Notes under the pieces: model-generated
Database searches by the model: none
The model's input: the letters and a program-made list of their open reading frames with translations, nothing else
What the model was told of the DNA's origin: nothing
Part shown: positions 60,884-64,000 of the stretch, piece by piece
How the letters are laid out: each line of letters begins with the position of its first letter
How positions within the stretch are numbered: the stretch's first letter is position 1
Assembly (NCBI GenBank): GCA_009103225.1
Contig: RHPI01001737.1
Coordinates: forward strand, 124,001 to 188,000
Length of the DNA stretch: 64,000 nt
Source: Chlorokybus atmophyticus
Lineage: Eukaryota > Plantae > Mesostigma and Chlorokybus algae
Reading direction: 5' to 3'
Made by a program: the position numbers and the translations under genes

Positions 60884-62145
60884 TCAATGTCTCCTACTCC
60901 AAGCTGACACTAGGCTCTCGCTTTGAGTATGCCCGTCTTCTGAGCCACTGCTAGAGTCACTCTCTCCATCGGTGTGACTAGAGTGCAACACATGAGCTCT
61001 ACGATTGGTATTCGCCTCCAAGGGAGGCAAGCCAGCTTCACCATCATCGCTGTCGTCATGAACAGCAACTTCTGCTTCGGTGGAATCGTGAAAGCCATTG
61101 TCGGCATCACGGGTATGGAGCAGCGTCTCAACCTGACTGCGTGAAAGACCCAAACAATTGGAGTCTTGCGGCCGTTGCGATAGATCTGATGCAATTTCCG
61201 CACTTTGTACTTGTGCGCAGCTGCTCGCTCGCCTCCTCGCGACCTCCTCAGCTTCTTGAGCCTCCTCCTCCTCGAACTCGCTCGGCCTGTGTGTGCAAGG
61301 CATTGCAACCAGCAAGTGTGAGATGCGTTTGGCCTATGTGCAGCTGAACCAGCAGCATTGATGTGGTGCGCGAGTAATGTGCAGTAGCAAAGCGGATCTT
61401 GTTCTGAAAAGCAGCTGTTGTTGTTGTTGTGCTATGGAAGGTGAGTGCCAGCTATAGCGCAGACGCGACTGACCAGAGGCCACGGTGTTTGAGCTGGCGG
61501 ATGTTGTCGAGGTAGAGGACCGCCACGATGGAGCTCGTCACCTTGGCGTCATCCTCCACGGCCTCCACGCTCTGCTCGACAATCACGTACCCGCCTGCTT
61601 GCGCAAATGCAGGTGCAAGGTGGTTACATGCGCACTCCTGACGAGAGCGAGGGCACGGAGTAAACAACCATGCATGGCGCATAATTGTCTTCATGCATTC
61701 GCTCCTGCGCATGCAATGACGGATTGAACGCGCGAGTCTTTGAATAAGTGCATCTTGTTGTTCGCAAATACCAAGTTGTATGCATGCTTCTGTGTGCACA
61801 AGCGTTGTGCGCTTTCTGCGTGGCATCGTGCGTGTGCCGAAGCAGCAGGCATCAGCAGGCCAGGCAGCACGCGGCACGCAGCGTGTGCACCAACTAACAA
61901 CATGGCGTGTTGTTGCCCAAAGCGCAGGCGCCTGTCTGCCTACCTGTCTTCACGTAGAGTAGTCGTCGAAATTTTGCTGGCATGAGTGCGAGTGTTGGTT
62001 GCGCGGAGCCGGCGCAGCGCACCTGCAGCAGGTTGGCGCCTCGGCACCCCAGCACCCGGGCGACGTGCTGGCCCTCATCAGGTCGTGGCTCTGGGCACCC
62101 CGCCACGACGCCCGCCGCCACGTGCTTCCGACCCTTCCCGCCCAT
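60884..62145 (-). CDS. EIF1AD: eIF1A-domain RNA-binding protein EIF1AD-like; exons 62145-61944, 61594-61474, 61286-60884
   Basis: MGGKGRKH...QHVARVLGCRGANLLQV...LALMPAKFRRLLYVKTG|GYVIVE...KVTSSIVAVLYLDNIRQLKHRGLW|PSEF, an acidic tail and PPLEANTNRR. GT-AG phases are consistent. Confidence 0.88.
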
Positions 62146-62425
62146 GCCTGCGTCCACCTGGCCTCGTCGTGGATGCCGCCGCCGCCGCCGCCGCTCCGCT
62201 GAACCCTAGCAGGGGGACGAAGCGGCGGGCGCCACGTGTAGGGCCTAGTGGACGCCGTCACTTAAGGCAGTTCATCAGGCGGCGGCGGCGGGGGTGTGCT
62301 GCCTTGGCAGTGAATGACCGGCGGCCTCTCCTCCATCGCCGCACACGCAGCAGGAGAGCGGCTGCGGCTTGGTTCAGTCCTGCCTTGCGGCGCGCGCAGG
62401 GTGTGTGTGTGTGTCATCCGCCGCC
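62146..62425. promoter_or_regulatory. Compact GC-rich bidirectional promoter region between EIF1AD and RIK
   Basis: Divergent ATGs 280 bp apart; contains a telobox-like AACCCTAG at ~62202. Confidence 0.5.
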
Positions 62426-63947
62426 ATGTCCGACCCCACGCCGAGAGAAAGGTGTGAGAAACAGGCAACAAACGCGAAAACACGCACGCACATGTCATCT
62501 TGGGCATGCGTTGGCTGTGCGCAGTGCTGGTTTGTTGTCACACTTGCAATTCCCCGGCGCACCACGCCGGCGCGACGACCCTTGCGCCAGCTGTGTTGAT
62601 GACATGCAGGCTGCATGGTCACACCGCCAATGTGCAGGACGTTATGGCATCGATGAGATTGGTTACACCTACAAGTGTCTGTTACCATTTGCAATTGCAC
62701 CAGGCATGTTTAGCTCAGTGCCCTCACTGTGCTCTCTGCCTTCCCCCTCTTTGCTGTAATCAGCACCCACTGTGTAATTATGCGCAGGAAGAAGCGCAAG
62801 TGGGACGTGCCTGCTCCCGGGGTGGTGACCGCGCCCCTCGCTGGTGTGGTGCAGCCGCAGGCCGGGCAGGCTGCGGCCATCATACAGAAGATCAACGCGG
62901 AGCTGGCGGCGAGGGGACTGCTGGGGGCCATCAAAGAGGACGTGCCGCCGCGCGAGATCGTCATCAACGACGCTGACCCCGCACTACGCTACCACCTCAC
63001 AAAACGCACAACCCAAGAGGATGTCAGTGCCTTTTGCTCTCACTCGCTCTCTCTTGTACTCTCGCTCACACACGCGCACGTGCACACACACATGCGCGCG
63101 CAGAGCGGTTGCAGCTCGCTCAATCACCATGCTTCGTTGCTCAACATATTGCTTTTGCTGTCTCTCTGGCTGTGCAGATTCAGAGCCGCACAAACACGGT
63201 TGTCATTACCAGGTGTGGGGCTCGTCTCGTAACTTGACTCTGCTGCTGTGCTGGGGGTGTCCTCTGCGGCTTCCCATTGCTGGCATGGCAGTCATCATCA
63301 TCTTCACCTTGTGTGTCAATGTGATCACCATGCTGCAGGGGCCGGTATCGGCCACCGGGTGCTCCTCCCGACCCTCTCGGCGAGAAGCCGCTCCACCTGC
63401 ATGTATCTGCCAGTGCCGCGGTCAGTGAGCACCCACCCACACTGTTGCTTCATTGCATGCGTAGTGAAGACCCTGTCACCTTCCTACACTGTGTCAGCAC
63501 CCATGCTGAATGCGTGCGACATTGTCGTCACTGTTCTGCCCAGCTGGCAGATGATGAGAGCAAGAAGCGCGCCATAGACGCGGCCGTGGAGGTGATTGAT
63601 GGCATCCTCAACTCGAAGAAGTCTCCTCAAGGAACGCCCATGGGCGTTCCCATGCCGCCAACTGCTCCCCGCAGCCTCACGCGGGTGGTGAACGTGGCGC
63701 TGCAGGTGGAGCCTGAGTACAACCTGGCCGCCAAGGTCCGCGGGCCGGGGGACTCGTACATCCGCCACATCAGCCACGAGACGGGCGCGGCCATCGTGCT
63801 GCGGGGCCAAGGCTCCGGCAACCATCCCGAGAGCCCCGAACCCCTGCACCTTGTCGTGTCCTGCCCCCACGCCAAGGGCATTGCAGACGCCATACAGCTC
63901 GTGGAGAACCTCCTGCAGACTGTCTACACCGAATACCATCGCTCCAG
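62426..63947 (+). CDS. RIK: RIK/KHDC4(BLOM7)-like KH-domain RNA-binding protein, 5' part; exons 62426-62451, 62788-63022, 63178-63212, 63339-63420, 63544-63947; continues beyond the window
   Basis: RKKRKWD, REIVINDADPALRYHLTKRTTQED|IQSRTNTVVITR|GRY..P..EKPLHLHVS, and YNLAAKVRGPGDSYIRHISHETGAAIVLRGQGSG...EPLHL. All introns GT-AG and in phase. Confidence 0.88.
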
Positions 63948-64000
63948 GTTTGCTTTCTTACGTCCACTGTACATGCCCAACTGAAGGCATTGTGGGGTAC

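Overview
Eukaryotic nuclear DNA from a green-lineage alga. The evidence is short GT-AG introns, STN7, a CYP746-like P450, EIF1AD and RIK; the species cannot be assigned from sequence alone. Two small gene islands are present. The first (6.8-17 kb) holds an NPEPL1-like M17 aminopeptidase (-), the STN7 thylakoid kinase (+) and a cytochrome P450 (-). The second (60.9-64 kb) holds EIF1AD (-) and a RIK/KHDC4-like KH gene (+, runs off the window). Between them is a ~32 kb nest (24-56 kb) of mutually inserted, mostly decayed elements: Ty1/copia elements with a half-tRNAiMet (Hemivirus-type) primer site, gag-only copia derivatives, solo LTRs, a Plavaka/CACTA-type transposase, a CACC-TIR non-autonomous element, and four pieces of a tyrosine-recombinase retrotransposon with split direct repeats (PAT/TOC-like DIRS). 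The main find is that the DIRS-like family has gag split by a ~415 nt spliceosomal-type intron at the same position in three copies, plus an N6-adenine-methyltransferase-like domain. Other notable items are a 534 bp TRIM carrying a tRNA 3'-half/B-box next to its primer site and a gypsy integrase ending in a PHD finger. Two exact duplications next to single Ns are probably assembly artefacts, and there is a 990 nt N gap. All domain calls are by eye from motifs; no searches were run.
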